Origin: Candidatus Fermentibacteraceae bacterium
Lineage (GTDB): Bacteria > Fermentibacterota > Fermentibacteria > Fermentibacterales > JCC-6
Direction: 5' to 3'
Assembly (NCBI GenBank): GCA_016744855.1
Contig: JADGDO010000002.1
Location: 96,374-160,373 of the forward strand
Length of the DNA: 64,000 nt
Part shown: positions 47,540 through 57,586 of the stretch, piece after piece
Layout: each line of letters starts with the position of its first letter
How positions within the stretch are numbered: position 1 is the first letter of the stretch
Made by a program: the position numbers and the translations under genes
Notes under the pieces: model-generated
What the model saw: only the letters and a program-made list of their open reading frames with translations
What the model was told of the DNA's origin: nothing
The model's database searches: none

Positions 47540-49480
47540 CTACTGAATTGGAGCAGCGAGTATTGTAAACTCGGTTCTTCTATTCAGAGCTTTGTTCTCA
47601 TCAGTGTTATTCGGAACAGCAGGTCTTTCCTCTCCGTAACCTACGGTAGAGAGAGAAAGCTCGCTTACACCTTTTGAAATCAGGTAGCTTCTAACAGAGA
47701 GAGCTCTGTTTTCAGCGAGTTCCTGGTTGTACTCAGGTGAACCATCTGAATCTGTGTTTCCTGTAAGCATAACGGAAACTCCTGGATTGCTAATCAGCAT
47801 CTGAGCAACACCGTCAAGAATTACTTTGGCATCAGGACGAAGATTGTGTCTTCCTGTGTCAAAATAAACATTCTCAAAGTTCAACTGGATACTGAGCTGG
47901 AAATCCTGAACTACAACTTCGCCTGCAGCCATCTCAACAGTTCTGGACTGGTTGCTATAACCGGCAGCAGAAGCTGTGAAAGTTCTGGTTGCAGCTGCAC
48001 ACTCGATTGCATATTCACCACTACGGTCTGTGGTGGCCTGCATATCAGAGGAGGCAGAAACGAGAGCCTCAAGAGCTTCTCCTGTTCCAGCATCTGTAAC
48101 TGTACCGGAAACTGTACCCTGAACAGACATAAGAGCAAAGTCTCTTGTAATGTTTTCATCTGATGGAATGTCAATCATCTCTGTAGCAGAGATGTATCCG
48201 TCAGCAGCAACAAGAATTGAGTATGTATCTTCTTCAAGACTTGCTGTGTACATTCCGGAAGCAGCATTTGTACTGACACCCTGAACTTCTGATCCGGGGA
48301 AAGAAACTGATGCAGCAATAACCTCACCTGTTGTAGCGTCAGTAACTGTTCCTGAGAGAATAGAAGGACGGGAATTAAGATCAGCCATATACATCAGGTT
48401 GATACCAACTCCGTACTTGGGAGCATAACCGTTAGGGAAAGGAGCATATCTAGCTCTTTCCTCATCGGTCTGCGCTACGTTACTCTGGAAGTATCTGTGA
48501 CCGAGATCATTGTATTCAGGGTCAAAGGAAGTAATGCAGTATGATCCTGTAACATCCATTGCAAGACCTGAATCAAATGTGAATCTGGCTCCGGGTGCGA
48601 TTTGAATACAGTCATCAAAGCGCTCGCCGTCTCCCTCTTCAAACTCTCTATCAAGGAAATGACGCCACTCGAGCTCAGCAAAGAGTGTAGTTTTATTCAT
48701 CGGATACTCAATGCCAGCAGCGAGACGAAGTACATTGTCTTCTACATCAATGTCTACTTCCTCTGTTGCAATAACATTGTGTGATGCATCGTATCTGCTG
48801 TCTGTGAATGAGAAATTCTGCTTGAAGTAACGATAGCCGAGATTACCATGAATGGTAACGGCATCAAGTTCCATTGTAGCAAGAAGGTCTCCACCGAAAT
48901 TAACGCTACCGGAGTTCATCATGGGTCTTCTAAGCTGGAACATCGGCTCATCTGTGTTCCAGATTCCGTCCCATTCGTCACCATTATAGACGAAGTTGTT
49001 GTCTCCACCATTGTAAACAGAGAAGTTTACGGAAGGCATAATACCGAAGAAGAGCTTCTCAGCATCGGGATTGAATGTGTACTTCAAAGCAAGGCCGGCC
49101 TCACTAAAACCATCATCACCATTCCAGTCGCCTGAAGTTCCGAGTCTGTTTTCTACATCTTCTCTCTTTAACTGATTCAATAAATATGAAACTCTTCCAG
49201 CAAGCTCAAAGTGGCTGCTGGCACCGTAACCGAGAGTAATGTAGCCGGTACCGCTGTATTCAGTATCGGTAACCTCAACTTCACCTGTTGAAAATTCAGC
49301 TGTTCTCTCATCTGGAGAAATGCCCATGAAAGAGAAGAGACCTATTGAGAGAAAACCAGCTTCAGCCGGTCTGGCATCAACAGTTCTGTTAAGCCCTCGG
49401 AGGCCCGAGTAAGATGGAAGCGCCATTACTGACCCAGCAGTAACGAGCAGCAGTAAAAACACAAAAGATAATTTCTTCAT
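47540..49480 (-). CDS. OmpA-family protein: N-terminal beta-barrel, carboxypeptidase-regulatory-like repeats, OmpA C domain
   Basis: Signal peptide; GTVTDAxTGE repeats; GNTD...NQELAENRA...GYGE...NRR. Confidence 0.88.
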   Translation of the reverse strand: MKKLSFVFLLLLVTAGSVMALPSYSGLRGLNRTVDARPAEAGFLSIGLFSFMGISPDERTAEFSTGEVEVTDTEYSGTGYITLGYGASSHFELAGRVSYLLNQLKREDVENRLGTSGDWNGDDGFSEAGLALKYTFNPDAEKLFFGIMPSVNFSVYNGGDNNFVYNGDEWDGIWNTDEPMFQLRRPMMNSGSVNFGGDLLATMELDAVTIHGNLGYRYFKQNFSFTDSRYDASHNVIATEEVDIDVEDNVLRLAAGIEYPMNKTTLFAELEWRHFLDREFEEGDGERFDDCIQIAPGARFTFDSGLAMDVTGSYCITSFDPEYNDLGHRYFQSNVAQTDEERARYAPFPNGYAPKYGVGINLMYMADLNSRPSILSGTVTDATTGEVIAASVSFPGSEVQGVSTNAASGMYTASLEEDTYSILVAADGYISATEMIDIPSDENITRDFALMSVQGTVSGTVTDAGTGEALEALVSASSDMQATTDRSGEYAIECAAATRTFTASAAGYSNQSRTVEMAAGEVVVQDFQLSIQLNFENVYFDTGRHNLRPDAKVILDGVAQMLISNPGVSVMLTGNTDSDGSPEYNQELAENRALSVRSYLISKGVSELSLSTVGYGEERPAVPNNTDENKALNRRTEFTILAAPIQ

Positions 49481-49655
49481 AACCCCTCCAGAAATAATGT
49501 AAATCGAAAGCTACCCTAACCTTCGACCTGGTAACCTACTGGATTGATATTGAATCGACAATACCGTTTACTATTTCACTTCACTTCACTTCCAATTAGC
49601 TTCATTCTCAGCCTCTTTAGCTCAATACTACAACTAAAACATGTGTGTAAATGGT

Positions 49656-49689
49656 AAAAAAAAGACCCCCGGCTCAATTGAGCCGGGGG
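49656..49689 (-). terminator. Intrinsic terminator after pckA
   Basis: Minus strand CCCCCGGCTC-AATT-GAGCCGGGGG followed by TCTTTTTTTT. Confidence 0.88.
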
Positions 49690-49710
49690 CGGAGTAGCTG
49701 AGCTATGATT

Positions 49711-51369
49711 CTACTTGCCGGGGCACTCGGCAGCTATCTCGGGATTGATGTTCTGACTGCCATAAGCTTTCTCAAAGTATGAGGCGAATTCACCCGCAAG
49801 CTTCTTCGCTCTCTCTTGGTATTCTTCTCTGTTCTCCCATGTATTCCCCGGATCAAGAATTGAGCTGTCCGCAATTCCCGGGCATGACACTGGAACCAAA
49901 ACTTTGAAATATGGATCAATCTTCATTTCTGTCTGCTCAATTGTACCTGAAAGACAGGCTTCAACCATTTTCCTGGTTAATGGAAGATCAATTCGGTGAC
50001 CTTTTCCATATGGACCACCGGTCCAGCCTGTGTTGACCAGATAAACCTGAGTACCGTACATATCCAGTTTTCTGCCCAGAAGGTCGGTGTATGCCTCGGG
50101 GACTCTCGGCATAAAGGGCTGTCCGAAGAACCTGGAGAAAGTACTAACAGGCTCTTTGATGCCAGTCTCTGTTCCTGCAAGCTTGCTTGTGTAACCCATA
50201 AGGAACCAAAGCATAGCTTGTTCCTTGGTGAGTTTGGAAACAGGTGGGATGACACTGTTAGCATCGGCCGTAAGGAAGAGAATTGTAGAAGGATGGCCCG
50301 AAACAGATGATTCCTTGATGTTGGTGAGATACTTCAACGGATAGGAACCACGGCTGTTGGGTGTAAATGCATCATCAAAGAGATCAAAGTCTCCGTTGGG
50401 GTAAACCATTACATTTTCAACAATCGACCCGTGATTTAGATAATTATCGTCATCATGAAAGCAAGCTGAAAAAATTTCAGGTTCCTTTTTTCTACTTAGA
50501 TCAATAAGCTTTGCGTAGCATCCATTCTCAAAATTTGCTACCCCGTCATCACTCCAACCATGCTCATCATCACCGAGCAAAGCTCTGGAAGGGTCAGCAC
50601 TAAGAGTTGTTTTACCTGTTCCGGAGAGACCAAGAAGGAGGGCGCAATCACCGTTTTCTCCCTCATTGGCACTGCAGTGGATTGGAAGTATTCCTTCAGC
50701 AGGCAGTAGGTAGTTCATTACTGTAAACATCAACTTCTTGATACTTCCACAGTAAGCGCTACCAAAAACAATACCCAGACTTCTGTCAACATCCATACCA
50801 ACCATCATGTTGGATGTATGCTTGAGATCAGGGTTATCGCGCAATCTACCAGTGTATTTCTCGTGATCAAGTTTCTTATCGGGGGAAGCAAGAAGGGTAA
50901 ACCCCTTGTCCTTGAAAATTGACAAACGGGAAGCTTCCTCCGACCAGGGTCTGAACATGTTATCTGTGAACAAAGCTGTAAGAGCTTTGTCTGCAACAAC
51001 CCGAACAGGAAGAGCATACTTGGGATCAGCACCGATCAGACGATCGGTAACAAATAGCTCATTGGCTTCATCAAATACCTGAAGAATGTCTTCCCATACC
51101 ATGTTGAAAGTTTCTTCATCAACCGGAAGGTTATTTGGGCTAGTCCAGTCGATCGAACCTTCGCTGGAAGATCGCTTAACAATCACTGTATCCTTTGGAC
51201 TCCTACCGGTAGACTCCGGCTTGGTCCACGTGGAAAGTGCGCCACACTTCAAAACCAACACTTCTCGGCGCTCTACAGAGGATTTAATCATATCCTCTCT
51301 GGTAATATTGTTCCTGACTGAAGGACCTTTCCTGGAAAGCACACCATTAAGACTGTCCAGCAGAGACAT
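49711..51369 (-). CDS. pckA: Phosphoenolpyruvate carboxykinase (ATP)
   Basis: TGRSPKD, HCSAN, GLSGTGKTTLS, GDDEHGW, GCYAK, NTGW; start 51369 or 51384. Confidence 0.96.
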   Translation of the reverse strand: MSLLDSLNGVLSRKGPSVRNNITREDMIKSSVERREVLVLKCGALSTWTKPESTGRSPKDTVIVKRSSSEGSIDWTSPNNLPVDEETFNMVWEDILQVFDEANELFVTDRLIGADPKYALPVRVVADKALTALFTDNMFRPWSEEASRLSIFKDKGFTLLASPDKKLDHEKYTGRLRDNPDLKHTSNMMVGMDVDRSLGIVFGSAYCGSIKKLMFTVMNYLLPAEGILPIHCSANEGENGDCALLLGLSGTGKTTLSADPSRALLGDDEHGWSDDGVANFENGCYAKLIDLSRKKEPEIFSACFHDDDNYLNHGSIVENVMVYPNGDFDLFDDAFTPNSRGSYPLKYLTNIKESSVSGHPSTILFLTADANSVIPPVSKLTKEQAMLWFLMGYTSKLAGTETGIKEPVSTFSRFFGQPFMPRVPEAYTDLLGRKLDMYGTQVYLVNTGWTGGPYGKGHRIDLPLTRKMVEACLSGTIEQTEMKIDPYFKVLVPVSCPGIADSSILDPGNTWENREEYQERAKKLAGEFASYFEKAYGSQNINPEIAAECPGK

Positions 51370-51501
51370 TTTTTCACCCCTCATTGGTTACTGTTTCAAT
51401 TATTAAGAACCACGAATAATACCAGAGTTCTCTTCAGGAAGAAAGTGCCCGGAACAGATTCTATTAGTTATGTTTGATAAATATTCAAGAATGGAGTTTT
51501 T

Positions 51502-52788
51502 TTGAAAGCAAAGTATACATCGGCAGAAAATGCCTGGTGCCTTTACGATTGGGCTAATTCTTCTTTTGTAACCACTATTATTGCTGCAGTTCTTCCTGTA
51601 TTTTTCGTGGGGGTTGTCTGTGCTTCAGGTCCTGTGACAATCAATCTTCCCGGCATTTCTTTCTCTAGCAATTCTCAATCTCTCTGGGGTTATGCAATGT
51701 CTCTTGCTGCATTTCTTGTAGCAATTGGAGCTCCTGTTTTTGGTGCAGTAGCTGACGCTGGAGGGAAAAGAAAACTTTTCCTCGGCATCATGACAGCAGT
51801 TGGTGTTGTTTCTTCAGCTCTTCTTTTCTTCAGTGGACCGGGACTGGTTGGCTATACTCTTACAATTGTGATCCTTGGACAGATAGGTTTTGCCGGTGCC
51901 AATGTTTTCTATAACTCCCTGCTGGTTTATGTAACTCCACCAGAAAGACGAAGCATCATCAGTGCGAGAGGTTTTGCCATGGGCTACCTCGGTGGAGGAA
52001 TTCTATTGGCTCTGAATCTGCTAATGATCAAACAACCCGGAATCTTCGGTATTCCGGAGGGATCCATGGCAGTTAAGTTAAGTTTCATCACGGTAGCTCT
52101 CTGGTGGGCAGGATTCTCTATTCCCCTTTTTAGGAGAGTATCCGAGGAACCAGCCTCTTCCAGGACAAATTTCAGAGCAACATTTATTGAAGGCATTAGA
52201 TCTCTTTCAACAACACTAAAGAGCATAAAACAACATCGACAGGCTTTCAGATTTCTCCTTTCATTTCTTCTCTACAACGATGGCATACAGACCATTATCA
52301 TGATGGCAACAGTTTTCGGTAAAGCCGAGTTGGGTCTTGGAAGCGGCCACTTGATAGCTGCACTGCTGTTAACTCAACTCATTGGTGTTCCCGGCTCAAT
52401 TCTGTACGGTAGATTTGCTGCAAAAATAGGTTCAAAGAAAGCTCTCCTCACCGGTATAGCATGCTATATCGGAGTTGTTCTGTATGCATGGAAAATGACA
52501 GAAGCCTGGCAGTTCTGGGTTCTGGCAGGGGCTGTCGGTATGTTGCAGGGAGGAGTTCAGGCTATAAGTCGATCATTCTACTCTCTTTTGATCCCGCAGG
52601 AAAGGGCTTCAGAATACTTCGGCTTTTTCTCTATATCCTCAAGATTCGCCAGCATTCTCGGTCCGCTCTTGTTTGCAGTGATCGGAGATCTTACAGGTAG
52701 TACCAGGAATTCGATAATTTCCATCTCTGTTTTCTTTATCGCCGGTGGAATCATTCTTCTTACAGTAAAGGATACCGAAAATGCATAG
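51502..52788 (+). CDS. MFS transporter (UMF1/ATG22-like)
   Basis: AWCLYDWANS, FYNSLL, GYLGG, SRSF, EYFGF; about 12 TM segments. Confidence 0.88.
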   Translation: MKAKYTSAENAWCLYDWANSSFVTTIIAAVLPVFFVGVVCASGPVTINLPGISFSSNSQSLWGYAMSLAAFLVAIGAPVFGAVADAGGKRKLFLGIMTAVGVVSSALLFFSGPGLVGYTLTIVILGQIGFAGANVFYNSLLVYVTPPERRSIISARGFAMGYLGGGILLALNLLMIKQPGIFGIPEGSMAVKLSFITVALWWAGFSIPLFRRVSEEPASSRTNFRATFIEGIRSLSTTLKSIKQHRQAFRFLLSFLLYNDGIQTIIMMATVFGKAELGLGSGHLIAALLLTQLIGVPGSILYGRFAAKIGSKKALLTGIACYIGVVLYAWKMTEAWQFWVLAGAVGMLQGGVQAISRSFYSLLIPQERASEYFGFFSISSRFASILGPLLFAVIGDLTGSTRNSIISISVFFIAGGIILLTVKDTENA

Positions 52789-53575
52789 GATTCTCAGTCT
52801 TCTTGTGGTTTCCATGTTTATACTGGAGGAAGTCCTCCACCAAAAACTGGGGAAATCGGGCAGACTCTCAACTATGCCGGCCAGCTACGATGTCTTAAAA
52901 AACAATTTTGATAAATTTGATATTCTCAGAATACTCGAATTGCTTTCACTCGGGCTACTTCTTTCAACAGCTGCCGGCAATCCAGGATCTGGACATGGCC
53001 AGCTAACTATGATACTCGTCGGTCTTCAGACTGCTCGGCTATTCGGCAGAAGAGTTCTCAGCAGGTGGTCTGTTCTGGGAGTTCTTCAAGGCATTGAAAT
53101 GATTCTTCTATTGGCTTTCATTTTTGTACCTATGAAGGCAGCATCCGGAGTAATCCATCTTTCTCCTGTATCACTCCTCGCCCTAATGGGTGGAGTTATT
53201 TACGGAATTCTTATCTCTATCTCGGCTGCATTTTCCATCTCGTACGGGATCAGATTGTTTGCAACTGAATCTTCAAACCTCTACGAAACATTCCCTCCTC
53301 TGGCAAGTTCGGAAAGCTGGTCATACAAGTTTTCAAAGTTCTCTCTTTTTTCGGGAACTGCCGGATTGGCGGGACTCTTCCTTCTTTGGGGAGTTTCACA
53401 GCTATCCGTTCTGTTTGCCATTTCACTGAGCCTGCAGTTTGCAGGCGTTCTTATCTCCCGGAAACAAACATTTAACGGCCACCACCCTATCTCGCATATC
53501 CTGTGGGGAATCTCTTTTCTACTGCTGTATTCCATGACCCTGTCAGGAATCACAACAGTATCATTGCCACTGTAA
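52781..53575 (+). CDS. Hypothetical integral membrane protein
   Basis: About 7-8 hydrophobic segments; overlaps MFS stop. Confidence 0.65.
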   Translation: MHRILSLLVVSMFILEEVLHQKLGKSGRLSTMPASYDVLKNNFDKFDILRILELLSLGLLLSTAAGNPGSGHGQLTMILVGLQTARLFGRRVLSRWSVLGVLQGIEMILLLAFIFVPMKAASGVIHLSPVSLLALMGGVIYGILISISAAFSISYGIRLFATESSNLYETFPPLASSESWSYKFSKFSLFSGTAGLAGLFLLWGVSQLSVLFAISLSLQFAGVLISRKQTFNGHHPISHILWGISFLLLYSMTLSGITTVSLPL

Positions 53576-53577
53576 CA

Positions 53578-55359
53578 ATGTATAAGGTTCAACTTATTCA
53601 ACTACCTCTTCACCCTGTTACAGCCTGGGAGCCCACCGGTAATATCCCACTGGCTTCTTCTATGCTAGCTGCAAGCGCAGCTCTGCCTCCAGAATCAATC
53701 TTTCCTGAAGAATTCCTGAACACAATGGGAGATGCTGCCCTTCTAGATGAATTGAAGAGAAGAAATCCTGAACTTCTGGGTGTAACCCTCTACCTCTGGA
53801 ACAGAGAGCGGACAATTCATCTTTTAAACAGCCTCAAACTCTGGAAGCCAGAGTTACTGATAGTCGCTGGTGGACCAGAAGTTACAAAAGACAACTTCCG
53901 TCTACTTCAGGAACCTTCTATTGATCTTTTCGTGGCTGGAGAAGGAGAGTCTTTTGCTGAAGATGTACTTACCCCTCCGAAACTGAGAAAGATTCTGCGT
54001 GAAGGTACAAGGCTTCTGGGCCCGGTTGTAGACACCAATCCTCCGGACAGATGGCCTGATCCATATGAAACAGGCTATCTAAAGCCTCCATTGGGTGGTT
54101 CTGTCCACATAGAAACACAAAGAGGCTGTCAGTGCCTCTGCTCGTACTGTGCCTATAGAAGAACCTCTCCTGTCCCAAGAATGATTCCCGCAGAGAAGGT
54201 TCTAAAAAAGATAAGAATGCTTCAACAAATGGGAGCAGAGGAACTTGTTTTTCTTGATCCTACCTTCAACAGTCGGCCGGATCTCTCTGAATTGCTGGGC
54301 GGAATGTCCAACTATAATCTGGAGTGTTTTGGCGAAGTTAGAAGTGATCTTCTTCTTTCGGGTTCAACTGCAGATTCTCTCGCCGCTGCCGGATTCAGCA
54401 GTCTTGAAGTAGGACTCCAGACCATGAGCAGAAAAGTGCTCCATTCAATCGGACGCGGGGGAAATCCGGAATCGATTCTTCGTGGAGCATCCCTCTTGAA
54501 AGAGAGTGGAATCACAGCAATCATGGATCTAATACTGGGTCTTCCGGGAGACAACCCGGAAAACATAGAACTTGCTGCAGAGGAACTTGTGTCCAGGGAG
54601 CTTAATGATCAGGTACAAACCTTCTGTCTCTCAGTGCTTCCTGGTACAGAACTGAGATCTAATGCAGAGGCACTCGGAATTCAATACACAGACTCTCCCC
54701 CGTATTCACTTGTATCATCCGGAAATTACACTCTTCAATATCTTCTAGAAACCCGCGAAAGAGTGTCGGATATTCTTGGCTACGATGCGGACCCACCATC
54801 AAGACCTGTTCTCTGTGATACTTTCCCTGGTTTGGAAGAATTCATTCCTGGAAGAGTTGAAAGAGGCGAATCGCCTTCAGTTCGTCACGGAGTACTGCAC
54901 ATCAAAGCTCTTGATCCCTGGAAAGAGAGAGAATCCATTCTAAGCAAGGTTCAGGCAAGAAGAGCCACAGACCCTTACTGTCCACTGGATGTCGTCATAA
55001 AGTCTCAAAAGTGCTTTCCACTGGATCTTATTGATATGATTTTGGAATTGCCCGAACCTGAATGCTACACACGAGAAAAAGCAAAGATTTACAAGGTTCC
55101 TGGTCTTATCAGACTTGCTGTGGTAATGCCAGCTGCAACCGATCCAAACTGGCTACTTGAATGCTCTAACCTCGTTGTTACTGTTATAGAATCAGACTCT
55201 CCAGTAAGTCTTCCAGGTGGCGAGGTAGGTCTTCTTCTGAATGGTAACTATGACCTTACAAAGCTAGTTGCACTCTACTCACAGGCCCCACACCTTGTAT
55301 TCTTTGCGGAGGAAAAGCTGGAAATTCTCTGGACCCTGGACGTGCTGGAACTAGGATAA
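53578..55359 (+). CDS. B12-binding-domain radical SAM protein
   Basis: VAGGPE, GEGE, ETQRGCQCLCSYC, DPTFN, GLQT, LILGLPGD, LPGT; start ATG 53578. Confidence 0.88.
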   Translation: MYKVQLIQLPLHPVTAWEPTGNIPLASSMLAASAALPPESIFPEEFLNTMGDAALLDELKRRNPELLGVTLYLWNRERTIHLLNSLKLWKPELLIVAGGPEVTKDNFRLLQEPSIDLFVAGEGESFAEDVLTPPKLRKILREGTRLLGPVVDTNPPDRWPDPYETGYLKPPLGGSVHIETQRGCQCLCSYCAYRRTSPVPRMIPAEKVLKKIRMLQQMGAEELVFLDPTFNSRPDLSELLGGMSNYNLECFGEVRSDLLLSGSTADSLAAAGFSSLEVGLQTMSRKVLHSIGRGGNPESILRGASLLKESGITAIMDLILGLPGDNPENIELAAEELVSRELNDQVQTFCLSVLPGTELRSNAEALGIQYTDSPPYSLVSSGNYTLQYLLETRERVSDILGYDADPPSRPVLCDTFPGLEEFIPGRVERGESPSVRHGVLHIKALDPWKERESILSKVQARRATDPYCPLDVVIKSQKCFPLDLIDMILELPEPECYTREKAKIYKVPGLIRLAVVMPAATDPNWLLECSNLVVTVIESDSPVSLPGGEVGLLLNGNYDLTKLVALYSQAPHLVFFAEEKLEILWTLDVLELG

Positions 55360-55380
55360 ATAAATAGTGTTTCTATAAGA

Positions 55381-55408
55381 AAGGGGGCAACCGGATGGTT
55401 GCCCCCTT
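55381..55408. terminator. Terminator hairpin between convergent genes
   Basis: AAGGGGGCAACC-GGAT-GGTTGCCCCCTT. Confidence 0.82.
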
Positions 55409-55429
55409 CCTCTGTCTGAATTATCAGAA

Positions 55430-57421
55430 CTATCTGATCGACTGACCAAGAACTGTGAATTCAATACGTCTGTTCTGGGCCTTGTTGGCAGCGCTGGTAT
55501 TTGGAACTACCGGGCTTTCCTCACCATAACCGATTGTAGTAAGTGTGCCACCTGCTACACCCTTGCGTACAAGGTAATCGAGTACGGAGTTTGCTCTGCG
55601 CTCACTGAGACCCTGGTTGTAGCTGGCGCTTCCATCGCTGTCAGTATGACCTGCAACGCGAACCAGTACACCACTGTTTTCGATAAGAGTTGCTGCTACC
55701 TGATCAAGAACTCCGAAACTCTCCGGCTTGATCTGAGCGCTTCCACTCTCGAAGTAGATGTTATTGAAACTGAGAACCTGACCCTCGACAAGTGCTGGGC
55801 GCATCTCTACGTCGAAGATTGTTGTTTCTTCAGGAGCCATAACCTGAACTTTAACAACATTGAGGTAGTCTTCAGCCTGTACCTTTACTGTCCAGTTTCC
55901 TTCAGGAAGCTGCAGAGAATAGACACCGTTAACATTAGTTAAAGCAGTACCCTCGAATCCTTCAGGAAGATCTTCAACAAAAACAGTAGCGCCAGCAATA
56001 ACCTCATCGGTCTCGCCATCTGTTACTGTTCCTGTAAGAATACCATTATCCGGTACGGGATGAAGAGTTACATCAAAAGCATGATCTTCACCGGCAACTA
56101 TCACAACAGTTTCTGTGAAAGGCATGTAGCCTTCAGCATCAACATTGATAGGAACAGAACCGGCAAGAAGCTCAACAGTATAGAAACCGTCGACTGTAGT
56201 CTGTGGAAGAATTGAAGAAGCTGGGAAGCTAACTTCAGCTGTGAGGTATTCCCCAGTTTCATAATCAGTAACCACACCACTGAGAGTACCGTGAGTTGGG
56301 TTCTCAAGAAGAACAGATGAGAAGATCAAGTTGATACCAACACCGAAATCGGCAGGGTATCCACCTGGGAAAGGACTTCTCTGAGCACGCTCATCATCAG
56401 TAGGGGTTGTTCCACTCTGATAAATAGCGTGACCGAGGTCACTCCACTCAGGATCGAAGGATGTAAGAGCCATAGAACCGGTAAGGTCGAGAGCAATACC
56501 GTAAGGTGAAACAAATCTGAATCCACCATCAAGCATAGCTGTTTCGTCGTATCTCTCGCCGTTTCCAGCTTCTTCATCACGATCGAGGTATCTGTTGTAT
56601 TCAAATTCTACAAAAGGAGTTGCTACACCAGTCTGATATTCTAGACCTGCTGCAACTTTGATAACATTGTCCTCAACCGTGAAATCGAGCTCATCGGTTG
56701 CAATGATAACTCCTGCGTCATCGCGTCTGGTGTCGGAATAAATAAACTCCTGTGAATAGTGATGGAATCCAGCATTAAGATGGAGACCAAGACCAAAATC
56801 AGCATTGTAGGAAACAAGCATGTCTCCACCAAAGTTGAGTTTACCTGAGTTGAGCATTGCGCGTCTCATCTCGAACATAGGGTCACCGAAGCACCAGATA
56901 CCATCAGTACCTGCGTCATACATAGTTACATAGTCATTGTCACCACTGCTGACAGAGAAACCGACTGAAGGCATGAAGCCGAGCCAGAACTGACCGTCAT
57001 CTGTTGGATTAAATGCAAGCTTAAGAGAAAGGACTGCTTCGTTCAGAGCATCGTCACTTTCCCAGTCACCTGTTCCCGCATCGCGGTCAGGGTTACTTAA
57101 GTCGCGTCTGTAACCATTCCACCAATAACTGATTCTACCGCCTACTTCTGCCATATCATTAATACCATAACCGAAAGCAAGGTGCCCGGTGGCATCATAC
57201 TCTGTGTCTTCAGCTATGAAAGAAACATCATTCAATACTGCTGTTCTATCATCATGGCTTATGCCAATGTGTGTAAAGAGACCAACAGAATACTGATTAG
57301 TTTCAATTGGCTGCGCATCCACTACTTTGTTGAGTCCCTGAAGACCCCAGTAAGATGGAAGTGCATTTGCCACAGTTGCAGATAAAAGCATAACTGTGAG
57401 TAAGACAAAAGCTGTTTTCAT
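55430..57421 (-). CDS. Second barrel/CarboxypepD_reg/OmpA protein, paralog of 47540-49480
   Basis: Start ATG 57421 after AGGAGG; LPSYWGLQGLN vs LPSYSGLRGLN; GHTD...NQGLSERRA...GYGE...NRR. Confidence 0.88.
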   Translation of the reverse strand: MKTAFVLLTVMLLSATVANALPSYWGLQGLNKVVDAQPIETNQYSVGLFTHIGISHDDRTAVLNDVSFIAEDTEYDATGHLAFGYGINDMAEVGGRISYWWNGYRRDLSNPDRDAGTGDWESDDALNEAVLSLKLAFNPTDDGQFWLGFMPSVGFSVSSGDNDYVTMYDAGTDGIWCFGDPMFEMRRAMLNSGKLNFGGDMLVSYNADFGLGLHLNAGFHHYSQEFIYSDTRRDDAGVIIATDELDFTVEDNVIKVAAGLEYQTGVATPFVEFEYNRYLDRDEEAGNGERYDETAMLDGGFRFVSPYGIALDLTGSMALTSFDPEWSDLGHAIYQSGTTPTDDERAQRSPFPGGYPADFGVGINLIFSSVLLENPTHGTLSGVVTDYETGEYLTAEVSFPASSILPQTTVDGFYTVELLAGSVPINVDAEGYMPFTETVVIVAGEDHAFDVTLHPVPDNGILTGTVTDGETDEVIAGATVFVEDLPEGFEGTALTNVNGVYSLQLPEGNWTVKVQAEDYLNVVKVQVMAPEETTIFDVEMRPALVEGQVLSFNNIYFESGSAQIKPESFGVLDQVAATLIENSGVLVRVAGHTDSDGSASYNQGLSERRANSVLDYLVRKGVAGGTLTTIGYGEESPVVPNTSAANKAQNRRIEFTVLGQSIR

Positions 57422-57495
57422 ATCCCCTCCTTTTTCCGGTTTTGCACCGGATGACGTGTTCAATTCAAAAGTGATTGCTACGAGAATCACAAATA

Positions 57496-57524
57496 AAAAT
57501 ACTTGCAGTACCCCTGAAAGTCAA
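57496..57524 (-). promoter_or_regulatory. Sigma70-type promoter of second OmpA gene
   Basis: Minus strand TTGACT-17 nt-TATTTT. Confidence 0.55.
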
Positions 57525-57535
57525 TACAGAAGATA

Positions 57536-57562
57536 CCCGTCTCTGGTACAACCAGAGACGGG
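57536..57562 (-). terminator. Hairpin after kor operon
   Basis: CCCGTCTCTGGT/ACCAGAGACGGG 12-bp stem with a weak U tract. Confidence 0.7.
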
Positions 57563-57586
57563 CACTAACTTACTTCTACAGTGTAT

